Notes under the pieces: generated by a model
Told to the model about the DNA's origin: nothing
Seen by the model: the letters and a program-made list of their open reading frames with translations, nothing else
Database searches by the model: none
Shown here: in pieces, positions 32,692 through 44,685 of the stretch
Position numbering within the stretch: position 1 is the stretch's first letter
Layout of the letters: each line of letters begins with the position of its first letter
Translations under genes and position numbers: made by a program
Origin: Eledone cirrhosa
Lineage: Eukaryota
Assembly: GCA_964016885.1 (NCBI GenBank)
Contig: OZ024750.1
Coordinates: forward strand, 16,864,001-16,928,000
Direction of reading: 5' to 3'
DNA length: 64,000 bases

Positions 32692-32909
32692 ATTTGTTTT
32701 TACTTTAGGCACAAGGCCAGCAATTTTGGGGAGAGCGGAAAGTCGATTAAATCGACTCCAGTACATTACTGGTATTTTATTTTATCGACCCTGTAAGGAT
32801 GAAAGGCAAAGTTTCCCTCGGCGGGATTTGAACTCAGACCTTTAAAGGGGCGTAACTCTGTGCTGCAAAGCACGGCGTCCGACCCTCTGCCGGTACTGCC
32901 AATCCACCA
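32692..32909 (-). mobile_element. tRNA-derived SINE, second copy head-to-tail with the previous one
   Basis: Same motifs; separated from the previous copy by (AAT)n at ~32,677-32,692. Confidence 0.9.
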
Positions 32910-33674
32910 AATTCGATTCAGCTACCTGTATTGAGTCGGTGTGTCCGTCCGTTCCAGTGGAGGCTCGTGTACGTGTGTATGTGGTGTGTGCATGTGTGTG
33001 TGTGTGTGTGTGTGTGTACGTGTGTATGTGGTGTGTGCGTGTGTCGTGCGTGATTCTATGTCTCGTACTGTAGAATGACCGAAAGTGCGCTTGTATTGTA
33101 CGTCTGTGTGCGCAGGAGCGTAACTGCACGTGTGTCGCGTGTGCGAATGCGTGTGAGAGTTTGTATTTATTTGTGTGAATATATAGGCACGCATGTATAT
33201 AATGTCTCAGTTAGTTCTTGTATGTACATATATGTATGTATATTTATATGTATTTATGTGTGATGCGTATGTACACATGTATATGCGTATGTACGTGTGA
33301 GGATGTGAATATATGTTAGCCTGCGCTCATATGTCCATGTGTCTATGTGTGTTTATGTATATGTTCGCGCTGTGTGTGTGTGTGTGTGTAACCGCGCATG
33401 CCTGATCTCTCAAGTGCGTGAAACTAAAGATGTTGTCGGTAAAGATGAAACAAGGTTCAGGGTCAGTTGATTCCATTCCATTTGGAGTAATGGACATTAC
33501 ATATATTTCACTTATTGTTATTATGATTGGTTGGTGGTGGTCATGGCACCGTGGAGGGGTCTGTTAGGGGCAACGATGTGTGTATCTCCAGCACACACAT
33601 TATACTTTCTTTTCTCGTTCGTCTTATACAAAGTCAGACACTGACACGTGTTTACACACACAAACACACACACA

Positions 33675-33723
<49 letters not shown>

Positions 33724-34079
33724 CTCGTCTGCGTCTTCACAGAACTTATGTTTACCGAATTCGCAGACCAGACCCCTTCTTCTTCTTCCTCCCGTTAGAC
33801 CTGTGCGAAATTCCTTCCTTGCTCACATTTCAACCAGGTCTGATGGTCTTTATTCTCTAGTTCACGATTTTATCGAGTTTATATTCATAGAGATCTGGGA
33901 CTTGTCTCTTTCCTCTCACTTTCTGTTGCTTGGGCCATTTTGTTTGTTCACCCTAGCGTTCTCTTTGTTTGCGTGTCCCAACGACTTTTTTTAGCCGTTG
34001 TTCGCACCAACCTGAGGTGTATGGCCCTTGGAGCGATGGGGTGCCTGGGGCGGTTGGGGGGTCGCTGATGAGGGGCTCA

Positions 34080-34149
<70 letters not shown>

Positions 34150-34154
<5 letters not shown>

Positions 34155-34340
34155 AAATGTTTGTCCCCGACGGCAGGGCTGAAGCAGTTTCGACGGCTAT
34201 TTCTGGACTGAAATAGCCGTCGAAACGGCTTGAGCTCTGCCGTCGGGGTCAAACATTTCCCTATTACCCACTCTACTACCCTAAGTATTGAGTATTCTGG
34301 TGCGTTATGGTCCATCTGGTTCCTTACCACACCTCCTTCG

Positions 34341-34343
<3 letters not shown>
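34150..34343 (+). mobile_element. (TA)n-embedded fold-back element, copy A (114-bp hairpin plus ~80-bp unique tail); possibly a Penelope-like terminus
   Basis: Inverted repeat 34150-34263 with 4 arm mismatches. Tail TTACCCACTCTACTACCCTAAG...CCTTCGTTA is shared with the copies at 42.5 kb and 53 kb. (TA)n on both sides. Confidence 0.85.
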
Positions 34344-34373
<30 letters not shown>

Positions 34374-34424
34374 TTTATTATTTATTATTTATTATTTATT
34401 ATTTATTATTTATTATTTATTATA

Positions 34425-34632
34425 TTTTTGTCTTTATTTGTTAATTTTTCATTCGCACCGTTTCCTTTCGCTATATGTCTCTCCACCACTCCCCTACACA
34501 CCTTTTGAACTCTTACCTGAAGAAGGGCTTATGCCCGAAACGTCGTCCTCCACCTACCCCCCACTCTCCTGAGCGTGAATCTAATAAACATTTGTCGTAC
34601 TGCCTCTCTGTTCTGTCCCTGTTCAATTTTTT

Positions 34633-34635
<3 letters not shown>
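34425..34635 (+). mobile_element. Penelope-like element pseudo-LTR / 3' end fragment
   Basis: Contains a minimal hammerhead motif (34515-34546) and a downstream AATAAA (~34584), and lies between AT-rich microsatellites. Family assignment is inferred from the known pLTR-hammerhead association. Confidence 0.65.
34515..34546 (+). ncRNA. Minimal type I hammerhead ribozyme motif
   Basis: CTGAAGA-a-GGGC(TTAT)GCCC-GAAA-CGTC: core, 4-bp stem II, palindromic ACGT stem III and GUC cleavage triplet. Stem I is only 2 bp. Confidence 0.7.
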
Positions 34636-34727
<92 letters not shown>

Positions 34728-34887
34728 TATACATATATACATACGTAGAATACACACTCACACAACGTATTGTTTCAGAAGATCCGATAATAGGGTGAAA
34801 GCAGAAATTCTTTGCTTAAACTTTAATCTGTATTAATAATAAATATTTGTTCTACGGGTTTATATATACTTTTTTTAAATAGAAATA

Positions 34888-35068
<181 letters not shown>

Positions 35069-35471
35069 TAGATAGATAGATAGAGAGAGAGGGGGAGAGA
35101 GGGAGATAGATAGATAGATAGATAGAGAGAGAGAAAGAGAGAGAGAAAGAGACAGAGAGAGAGAAAGACACACGCACACACACGCGCACACACACACAGA
35201 TAATAAGCGAGAGAAATGTAAGTATAGTTTAAGAATACATTTGAAATAGTTATTTGTAAGACAATTAAAAAATGAGAGGAGAGAAATATATAGAGATGGT
35301 GAAAATAAGAGATATATGAGGAAAGACGAAAGGAAAGAGAGAGAATTAGAAAGCCACGTCATGGTCCTTCAGGCTGGAATATATCTTGAGAGGAGAAACT
35401 TCTTGTGTATATTCATAACACCAATGCTTAAAGCTGGAGCGTGTCTTTAAAGTTATGTATACTACTACGAC

Positions 35472-35573
<102 letters not shown>

Positions 35574-35639
35574 GTGTTTAATTCAAGAGCCTGTGGTATA
35601 TATATGTATATATATATATATATATATATACATACATAC

Positions 35640-35688
<49 letters not shown>

Positions 35689-35782
35689 TGTGCGTGCGTG
35701 TGTGTGTGTCTGTGCGTATATGATATACCACAAACCCTTGAATTTTTCACACCAACTCTTCATTATATATCACCAACCCTTG

Positions 35783-35795
<13 letters not shown>

Positions 35796-35815
<20 letters not shown>

Positions 35816-35867
35816 AGGAGAGAGAGTGTGTGAATGTGTGTGTGAGTGTGTGTGAGTGTGTGTGTGT

Positions 35868-35904
<37 letters not shown>

Positions 35905-36003
35905 TGTCAGTGTGTGTGTGTGTGTGAGTGTGTGTGTGTGTGAGTGTGTGTGTGAGTGTGAGTGGGTGTGTGTGTGTGAGTGTGTGTGTGTGTGAGTGTG
36001 TGT

Positions 36004-36037
<34 letters not shown>

Positions 36038-36112
36038 GTGTGTGTGAGTGTGAGTGTGTGTGTGAGTGTGTGTGAGTGTGAGTGTGTGTGTGAGTGTGAG
36101 TGTGTGTGTGTG
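35796..36112. repeat. (GT)n/(GAGT) compound microsatellite
   Basis: Seen directly. Confidence 0.9.
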
Positions 36113-36213
36113 CCACCAACTCTTCTATATATGCCACCAACCCTTTTCAAGCAGACAACCCGATGACACCTTTCTAGTGGCTAATTGTAAAGGATATTTC
36201 TGTTGGTGTTCAT

Positions 36214-36510
36214 GGCGGCGGTGGTGGTAATGGTGGGGATAGTGGTGGTGATGGTGGTGGTTGTGGCGGGGATAGTGATGGTGGGGATAGTGGTGGTGAT
36301 GGTGGGGATAGTGGTGGTGATAGTAGGGATAGTGGTGGTGGTGGGATAATGGTGGTGGTGGTGGGGATAGTGGTGGTGATAGTGGGGATAGTGGTGGTGG
36401 TGGGGATAGTGGTGGTGGTGGGGATAGTGGTGGTGGTGGTGGGGATAGTGGTGGTGGTGGTGGGGATAGTGGTGGTGGTGGTGGGGATAGTGGTGGTGGT
36501 GGTGGTGATC
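36214..36510. repeat. G-rich minisatellite of (GGT)n-GGGGATAGT units of variable length (~15-21 bp)
   Basis: Repeated GGGATAGT anchors separated by a variable number of GGT triplets. Confidence 0.85.
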
Positions 36511-36616
36511 GTGTAGTCCACATGTTGGTGACTTTCTTAACAATTAGTGAAGGTGTTAATAAGTGGTGCTACATATTGTGGTGGTCGTGGATGGAGATTT
36601 TAATGCACATGTATGC

Positions 36617-36617
<1 letters not shown>

Positions 36618-36663
<46 letters not shown>

Positions 36664-36966
36664 GAGGAGAGGACGCGTACGTTTATATCTATATCTATAT
36701 ATATATATATATAAGCATATATATATATATACATATAAATATATATATATATATATATACATTTATATATATATATATAAACATATATATATATACATAT
36801 ATATATACATATATATACATATATATATAAACATATATATATATACATACATATATATATATATATAAACATATATATATACATACATATCAATAAACAT
36901 ATATATATACATTCATATATATAAACATATATATATATATACATACATATATATATATGCATATAG

Positions 36967-37026
<60 letters not shown>

Positions 37027-37050
37027 TTATATACATACATATTTATATAC
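36618..37050. repeat. Interrupted (TA)n microsatellite
   Basis: Seen directly. Confidence 0.9.
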
Positions 37051-37344
37051 ACACGTGTATATACCCGAAGCTATCTCATTTACCAATATCCTTGGGACAT
37101 ATTGAGATAATTAATGTCAAAATCTCGCTGCTGTTGGTCATTTATGAAATCGTTTGATTTCAAACTTTTATAGCCTCGGGCTCGTCCCAATCTTTATTTT
37201 TTCTTTCTATATTCTTTATTCTTATTTTTTCTTTAAGTATTTATTCATTGTTCTCATTACTGTTATTGTTAGCATTCTTTTCATTATTTCATATCATTAT
37301 TTCATCATTATTATTTTATTATTATTATTTTATTATTATTATTA

Positions 37345-37570
37345 GGGCGGTGGATTGGCAGTATCGGTGGAGAGTCGGACGCCACGCTTTCCAGCATAGT
37401 TACGTCCCTTTACGGCCTGAGTTCAAATCATGCCGAGGTTAACTTTGCCTTTCATCCTTACTGGATCGATAAAATAAAGTACCAGTAATGTACTGGAGGT
37501 TATTGCTGGCCTTGTGCCTAAAGTAGAAACAATTATTTCATCATTATTATTTTATTATTATTATTATTTC
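37345..37570 (+). mobile_element. tRNA-derived SINE, full length with (ATT)n tail
   Basis: GGGCGGTGGATTGGCAGTATCGG...GAGTTCAAATC...GCCTTTCATCC...GCCTTGTGCCTAAAGTAGAAACAATT, embedded in (ATT)n. Confidence 0.92.
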
Positions 37571-37572
37571 TA

Positions 37573-38440
37573 TTGCTGCCAACACCGGGGCGTGGACAAT
37601 CAACCCCACAATCACCGTCACCAGCACCGACAGCGGCGCCAGCACCAGCCCCAGCCCCGACAGCAGCACTAGCACCAGGACCAGCCCCGGCTGCAGCACC
37701 AGCACTAGCACTGGCCAGAACCACCAGTAACAAAACTAACCCAGGGAAAAATGAGGGAAGATCTTCCATTCCCTCTCCCGAAACTAATATACATATAAAT
37801 ACACAGACAAAACACTCATCCACCCGTAAACACACTCCGACTCTCCTCTGACACAGAGTCCCCAGACATTAGTCCCTCCTCATCCCCAAGTGAAGATGAG
37901 GGGCACCCTCAAAAACGAAAAAAAAAAATCAAAAAAGGAAACAAAAAGGAAAATACACACACACCCACAGCAAACACTGGCACATCTACAACAATACCAA
38001 CACCACAACCATCGACAAAAACACAACCACTAACAACAACACAACTGCAAACGATGTCCTACAAAAGGAAACACATTCAGGCACTATCAACAACAGAAAC
38101 ACCCAACTTCGTGTTACTAAGGAGGGCAAACAAAAACTTTATCGCCCTTGTAACACTAAGTCAATATATTGGGAAAGAGGGGGAGATTTTTGGCACGTGC
38201 ACCTTCATTGTGCCCACAACGACTGTTGACGGTGCGGATGCCAGTAAACACATATAAAAACATTAGAGAGAGCTACCCCGACGAAATGGGAACCCCTAGT
38301 GTGAAACCCCCACGACGGTTTTTAAGGGGGCTCCCAAAGAAAACCCCACCAATAATGGAGATCGAACCACCCGACCTCCACAAGAGACCGAATACAGTTT
38401 TCTCCAGTATTCGCGGATGTAACGTCCTAGAGCACCCGTG
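37573..38440 (+). mobile_element. Possible decayed non-LTR retrotransposon 5' region / ORF1 remnant
   Basis: A/C-rich, more complex sequence with broken ORFs (PAPAPA tract; RRFLRGLP resembles motifs of gag-like ORF1s). No diagnostic domain seen. Confidence 0.25.
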
Positions 38441-38494
38441 AAGCGTGAAAAACAGCGAATATTGTACGTGGCCCATAAAAATGCCTATAAACGT

Positions 38495-39326
38495 CAAAAC
38501 ATAAGGTAAATTATAGGCTGGCAAATACGGTATATCTAAACTATAATAAAGGCAGGAGTGGGGGACTGCGTACGGTTTATAATTTGTTATCCCATTAGTA
38601 AAATAAGTTGGATTACTTTGAATAAATAATGAATGAATATTACATAATTTATCTATTAAATTTCGTGGTTGTTGATTAAATATATTTTGTTTATTTAAAG
38701 ATTCACTTCTTTAAAATAAACATACTAATTTTCTGTCAAATAAACATACTTCGCTCAAATAAACATACTAATTTTCTGTCAATAATTTTCTCCTAATGCA
38801 GTTTATATATAATATCGTCTTTTTTAATGTATCATGGATTACGTTACTGATTACATAAAACAATGTAACGTAGTCTTCGTTCAATTTCTATGTATTATAT
38901 ATTGTCAATTACGATTTTATTTGATGTATCATATCTACATGTATAGATACTTGCGTATAATATCAATATACACACTACATATGCTAGCAGAAAACCACCC
39001 GAAGGGAGGTTTTTCTGCTAGTTCTTATAATTAATTTTGCGTTAAAAAGCGTTAAAAATGTATATTGCCACGAAAAGAGGCATAAAATTTCGTGCAAGAT
39101 ATTTACTATTCTGCGAATATGCGGTGGTTTCCACGAACAATTATTAGTTAGGTTCTAAGGAAAATTCCGCAAATAACCGGGACGGCAAAGCCGGGGCCGC
39201 GGATGCTGGGGATACGCTTTATATATATTTAAAATATTATTAAAATTAAAATTATATTGAAATTAATAGTTTAAAAAATCGTTTTAAAATATTTCTTTAC
39301 TAAAGTTTATAACATTGATATTTTAT
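38495..39326 (+). repeat. Dispersed ~340-bp repeat, copy 1 (interrupted by the Helitron)
   Basis: Aligns by eye with 40,605-40,953, including an identical run GCGAATATGCGGTGGTTTCCACGAACAATTATTAGTTAGGTTCTAAGGAAAATTCCGCAAATAACCGGGACGG. Confidence 0.85.
38535..39021 (+). mobile_element. Non-autonomous Helitron, 487 bp
   Basis: Starts TCTAAACTATAATAAAG after an A, ends CTAG before a T, has no TSD, and has a 3' hairpin at 38984-39021. The paralogous host sequence at ~40,630-40,660 lacks exactly this segment. Confidence 0.9.
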
Positions 39327-39477
39327 CAACAATGTTTGCATAATCTATTGTAAATAATATATTTGGCAAATAAATGGCCGTTTTTAAACTATGTTAACGA
39401 TTATTGCGGTTATCTTCGACATTTATACGACTAGCAACAATGTTATCATCTTAATATTTTTTCAGCTTAGATTAATG

Positions 39478-39950
39478 TCACCATCACCAACATTATCATC
39501 ATCATCATCATCATCATAACCACCACTACCACTATCACTACCACCATCACCATCACCACAACCACCACATCACCAACATTATCATCATCATCATCATCAT
39601 CATCATCACCATCACCACTACCACTATCACTACTACCATCACCATCACCACAACCACCACCATCACCAACAATATCATCACCATCACCATCACCACCACC
39701 CACCCACCCACCAACCACCACCAACAACAACAGCAAGAGCAACATGACCGTCACCACCACCATCATCCCCATCACCACATTCACCACCACCACGAAAAGC
39801 ACCACTTAAGTAATCGTATCAAATAATAATAATAATAATAGTAATTGTAATAAAGAAGAAAAAGATGAAGGAGCATGAAGGAACATCAAGAAGAAGGAGG
39901 AGGAGAAGAAGAAGAAGAAGAAGAAGAAGAAGAAGAAGAAGAAGAAGAGA
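39478..39950. repeat. Degenerate (ACC/ATC)n tract plus (AAT)n and (AGA)n
   Basis: Seen directly. Confidence 0.85.
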
Positions 39951-40380
39951 ATCAGAGGAAAACCAAAACAAATAAAAAAAAATGAAATAGAAGAAAAGTA
40001 AAAGAAAAACTAACATAGGAAATAAAAAATAAAAAAAAATATCTGAAATGGTGTATCAATTGCCTCGATTTCGATTTACCGTCACATTACTTCCTGTCTG
40101 TCAGGCGATTGTCTCCCCCTACCACCACCAGCAAAACCCAGAACCCAGAACACTGTAAGGCATTATGCAGTCACTTAACCCACTTCAGCTAGCATCATTG
40201 TAACACAGTGTCTTTTATCCTTGTATTGTTATTCTTGCAATATCATCTATAATGTAATAAGTGCCGTTACCAACATCTACGCTTCTTGAAAAGACTAGAA
40301 AGCAAATACCACTTTTACTTTCACTTTCTGTTATGGTTATTGTTATTAATGTTATTACCGGTTCTTGTTTTGTCTTGTAT

Positions 40381-40622
40381 TTTTTTTTTCTCTTTATAAA
40401 TACTCTTTATGTCACAGTTATCCTCCAAAATCTTGCAAACATACACACATAAACACAAACTCACATAACGAGTGTTTGTGTTTATAAACATAACGTAAAA
40501 TATTTTTTTCTTCTCTTTATAAATACTCTTTATGTCAGTTATCCTCCAAAATATTGCAAACATACACACATAAACACAAACTCACATAACGGTTGTTTGT
40601 GTATATAAACATAACGTAAAAT
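40381..40622. repeat. Tandem duplication of a ~121-bp unit
   Basis: TCTCTTTATAAATACTCTTTATGTCA...AAACATAACGTAAAATA occurs twice in tandem. Confidence 0.9.
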
Positions 40623-40953
40623 ATAGACTGGCAAATACGGTATATTGTTATTAATAATTTTGCGTTTAAAAGCGTGAAAAAGTGTATATTGTCACGAAAA
40701 AGGCAACAAAAATATCGCAGAATATATTTACAATTCCGCGAATATGCGGTGGTTTCCACGAACAATTATTAGTTAGGTTCTAAGGAAAATTCCGCAAATA
40801 ACCGGGACGGTGAATTCCGGGGTCACGAATGCTAAGGGATACACTGTAGATATATTTAAAATATTATTAAAATTTAAATATTATCAAATTAATATTTAAA
40901 AAAAAATGTTTTAAAATATTTCTTTACTAAAGTTTATAACATTGATATTTTAT
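40605..40953 (+). repeat. Dispersed ~340-bp repeat, copy 2 (Helitron-empty site)
   Basis: See copy 1. Reads GCAAATACGGTATA|TTGTTATT at the position of the Helitron insertion. Confidence 0.85.
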
Positions 40954-40957
40954 ATAA

Positions 40958-41469
40958 ATATGACGGTGCCTCTACGATTCCGCAAGGAGTTATGGGATCT
41001 ATCATTTATCTATCATTTATCTATCATTTTAGCTGTTCCATTTACCGAATTATTATTATTTTTATATGAGTCCCCAGTGTCCTCGCATTGCCTGGAGACT
41101 TGGCTGAGAATGATCTCCCTGATGACGCAATGACATTCTCAACAGTTCATTACGTAACTGTCTTTATCCCATTGCAGAAACTAATTAGTTGGAGTGAAAA
41201 TTTAAGTAAGTAAGTTAATTTAAAAAAAAAAAATTTTTTTTTTAAATTTTCTTATTTTACGTCTTTTATATTATTGTTCTGCATCCTCCTGCATTGAACC
41301 ACCTAGGTACTATGACATAACCTGTGTATTTGCTGGCATTAGCGTACATCTGTGCGCTTATGTTTGTAGATATATTAAATATATATATATATTTATATAT
41401 GTATATATTTATAAAAAGATAGATAAAGATAGTATAACTCCTTGCCGAGTCGTAGAGGCACCGTCATAT
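40958..41469. mobile_element. MITE-like element with 36-bp terminal inverted repeats
   Basis: ATATGACGGTGCCTCTACGATTCCGCAAGGAGTTAT (40958-40993) matches the reverse complement of 41434-41469 at 34/36. Possible TA TSD. Non-coding interior. Confidence 0.7.
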
Positions 41470-41552
41470 GGCATGTCTAGGGCACTTTTAAACCTGGCGG
41501 AGCCCAGCACTCTCCAGGTCTGAACAGAGCTCATTTTTTTTCTATAGAGGAA

Positions 41553-41714
41553 GAATCGACCCCAGTACTGGACTGGTACTTTTTTTATCGACCTCAAAAG
41601 GATGAAAGGCAAAGTTGACCACGGCGGGATTTGAACTCAGAGCGCGCAATGAGGTGGGACGAATACTGTAAAGCATTCTATCTGATGTCTTAACGACTCT
41701 GCAAATTTGCCGCT
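41553..41714 (-). mobile_element. tRNA-derived SINE, second head type
   Basis: Shared core AGGATGAAAGGCAAAGTTGACC..CGGGATTTGAACTC. Head GCAGAGTCGTTA..CATC.GATAGAATGCTTTA is shared with the copy at 46656. Confidence 0.85.
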
Positions 41715-41797
41715 ATGCATGCATGCATGTATGTATGTATGTATGTATGTATGTATGTATGTATGTATGTATGTATGTATGTATGTATGTATGTATG

Positions 41798-42166
41798 TTT
41801 TCTCTTTCTCTTAATTTCGAGTATATTTTTTTGACCGGCCACCTTCCTGGTAGCAAGGTTGTAAAAGAAAAGAAATTGTCATCCCTTGAATCGCAAGAAT
41901 GTTTTGCATATTTTGAAGGTGCCAGCTATCGCAGCCATTTGTAGACTATGAATTAGGGAGCTGCGCTTTTTGTCCGCAAATCCAAGTTCGGTCATACTTT
42001 GGTCCAAGCGGGTTGGTATATAACCCGTAGCACCAATAATGATGGGTATGAAGCTAAAGGTGTATCTTGGATACTGGATTTGTAAGCTCCTCATCAATGG
42101 TCCGTAGATGTCCTCCTTCTCCTGTATTTTTCTGACAACGTTTACATCAAGTGGGCAGCTGATCTG

Positions 42167-42167
<1 letters not shown>
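41798..42167 (-). mobile_element. 5'-truncated R4/Dong-like non-LTR retrotransposon: C-terminal half of a restriction-like endonuclease plus 3' UTR
   Basis: 41879-42167 translates ISCPLDVNVVRKIQEKEDIYGPL...FIPIIIGATGYIP...LGF...LQMAAIAGTFKICKTFLRF, matching the P-D-N...EK..(K)Y..L...PIIIGA.G...LQ pattern of RLE-clade C-termini (recognised, not searched). (TATG)n on both sides. Confidence 0.8.
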
Positions 42168-42197
<30 letters not shown>

Positions 42198-42463
42198 TGT
42201 ATGTATGTATGTATGTATGTATGTATGTATGTATGTATGTATGTATGTATGTATGCATGCATGTATGTATGCATGTATGTATGTATGTATGTATGTATGT
42301 ATGTATGTATGTATGTATGTATGTATGCATGCATGCATGTATGCATGCATGCATGTATGTATGTATGTATGTATGTATGTATGTATGTATGTATGTATGT
42401 ATGTATGTATGCATGCATGTATGTATGTATGTATGCATGTATGTATGTATGTATGTATGTATG

Positions 42464-42491
<28 letters not shown>
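42168..42491. repeat. (TATG)n microsatellite; another tract at 41,716-41,797
   Basis: Seen directly. Confidence 0.95.
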
Positions 42492-42494
<3 letters not shown>

Positions 42495-42676
42495 CAAAGA
42501 AAGTATGGTAAGGAACCAGAAGTACCATAACGCACCAGAGTACTTGATACATAGGGTAGTAGAGTGGGTAATAGGAAAATAGTCAGGACCCCAACGGCTG
42601 AGCTCCGGCCGTTTCGAATAGTTCGGATCTAGCTGTCGAAACGGCCGGAGCTCAACCGTCGGGGTCCTGACTCTTT

Positions 42677-42681
<5 letters not shown>
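42492..42681 (-). mobile_element. Fold-back element, copy B
   Basis: Reverse-orientation tail followed by hairpin 42572-42681. Flanked by (TATG)n and (TA)n. Confidence 0.85.
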
Positions 42682-42740
<59 letters not shown>

Positions 42741-42742
<2 letters not shown>

Positions 42743-42794
42743 GAACCAGTAAGACCCCGACGGCTGAGCTCAAGCCGTTTCGACGGCTAATTCT
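42741..42794 (+). mobile_element. Fold-back element, copy C (single arm only)
   Basis: GACCCCGACGGCTGAGCTCAAGCCGTTTCGACGGCTAATTCT is identical to the arm at 53032-53073. Confidence 0.85.
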
Positions 42795-43032
42795 ACATAT
42801 ATATATACATGCACACGCGTGTGTTTATGCGTGTGAATACATTGCAAGAAAATTGGGAGGTCTGGTGGCATATAGTTACCAAGGGTATTGAACGTCTACA
42901 GTGGAAATAACCCGAGTACAATTCATTTAATTCTGGGTAATAAGCTGGCTAACCTGGGAATTGAACTAGGTTGTCATTAGAGATAGAGACAGCTGCCTCT
43001 TGTTTCAGTTCCCGGACATGGTATTGTAATGG

Positions 43033-43051
43033 CATCCTCACTATTATCATC

Positions 43052-43086
<35 letters not shown>

Positions 43087-43123
43087 TATCATCATAATCC
43101 TCGTACTCATCATCATCATCACT

Positions 43124-43161
<38 letters not shown>

Positions 43162-43188
43162 TATCATCATAATCCTCGTACTCATCAC

Positions 43189-43226
<38 letters not shown>

Positions 43227-43605
43227 CCACTATCATCATCATCATCAGCATCAGCAACAGCGCATCATCGCCATCATGATTCTCATAATCGCCACTATCT
43301 TTATCATTAGCCACAAAATCATCATCAGTAATAATCTATCCTCTTCATCTTCATCATCATCTCCCCCTCTTCTTCCTCCCCCCCCCCGCTTCCTCGCTAT
43401 CCCCGCCATCCCTGTCATCCTCTTATTTCTCGTCACTTTCGTCATTCTCATCAACATCCTCATCCTTCTCCACCTTCCTTCTCCCAATTCCTTCTCCTCC
43501 TCCCCCTCCTCCTTCTCCTCCTCATCATCACTATCACCATCATCATTACCACTACTACCACGACGACGACCACCACCACCACCACCACCACCTCCACCAT
43601 CCTAA
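43033..43605. repeat. (ATC)n and pyrimidine-rich/ACC low-complexity tracts
   Basis: Seen directly. Confidence 0.9.
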
Positions 43606-43844
43606 TTACTCTCCTTTTTTTCCCTTTACCCCGCCCCTTAATTAGACAGTTTTGCAATCATTCCTTGTTCTCAAGTACCATTTACTGCCATCCTCTTCCG
43701 CTGCCAGAATCAGGCACCAGCCATCTCATACCATTCGCTCCTTTAATCTAACCAAACTCCTACCTTTTTTTGGTTTTTCCACCATCTCTGTAACAACCTC
43801 GCTTCTGCATAACCACAAACCCTTAACCACTATTGTTATATAAA

Positions 43845-43903
<59 letters not shown>

Positions 43904-43905
43904 CT

Positions 43906-43960
<55 letters not shown>

Positions 43961-44549
43961 TCTCTCTCTCTCTCACTCCATCCCTCTCTCTCTGTCTGTG
44001 TGTGTGTCTCTCTCTCTCTCTCTTTCTGTTTTGTCATCATTTTTTTTTAATGTCCATATTTCATCGTATGTATTCAAGTTGAGTTATTCAACTAGTTGAA
44101 ACACTTTCAGAATAATTACTAGAGAAGAATCTTCCATACCTAAAATTATTAATTAAAATTATTTACAGTCTGTCTGTTCGTCCGATTGTCTGTCTCTCTG
44201 GCTGTATCTATCCATCTATCTATCTATATATCTATCTATATATCTATCTATCCATCTATCTATCTATATATCCATCTATCTATCCATCTATATATCTATA
44301 TATATATATATCTTTCTCATATATATATATATATAATCACTCATTCTTCGCTATATTAATCCATCCATCTCTCCTTTATCTCCACCACAACCATCATCCT
44401 AGCTCTATAATCCTCTCTCTCTCTCTTCCTATCTTCATCTCTCAACAATGTCCTCCCCTCCTGTCCTCCTCCTCCTCTCCTCCTACCCCTGTTACACTGG
44501 CAATTATCTGACACCTGAATATTTCTAATTGAAAAATTGTTAATGTCTT

Positions 44550-44685
44550 AATTGCTCTCCTTCTCCACCAATTCCTCTCCTTCTCCACCAATCACTCTCC
44601 ATCTCGAACAAACTTGCTCTCTATCCAACAATTACTCGTTATCTCCACCTATCACTCTCCGTTTCCACCAATCTCTCTTCTCCAA
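44550..44685. repeat. Degenerate ~20-bp minisatellite (AATT.CTCTCCTTCTCCACC)
   Basis: About six to seven diverged tandem copies. Confidence 0.6.

Noticed and set aside
37345-37435. tRNA genes at SINE heads
   Set aside because: A/B boxes are present but I could not fold a cloverleaf, and they continue into SINE core and tail.
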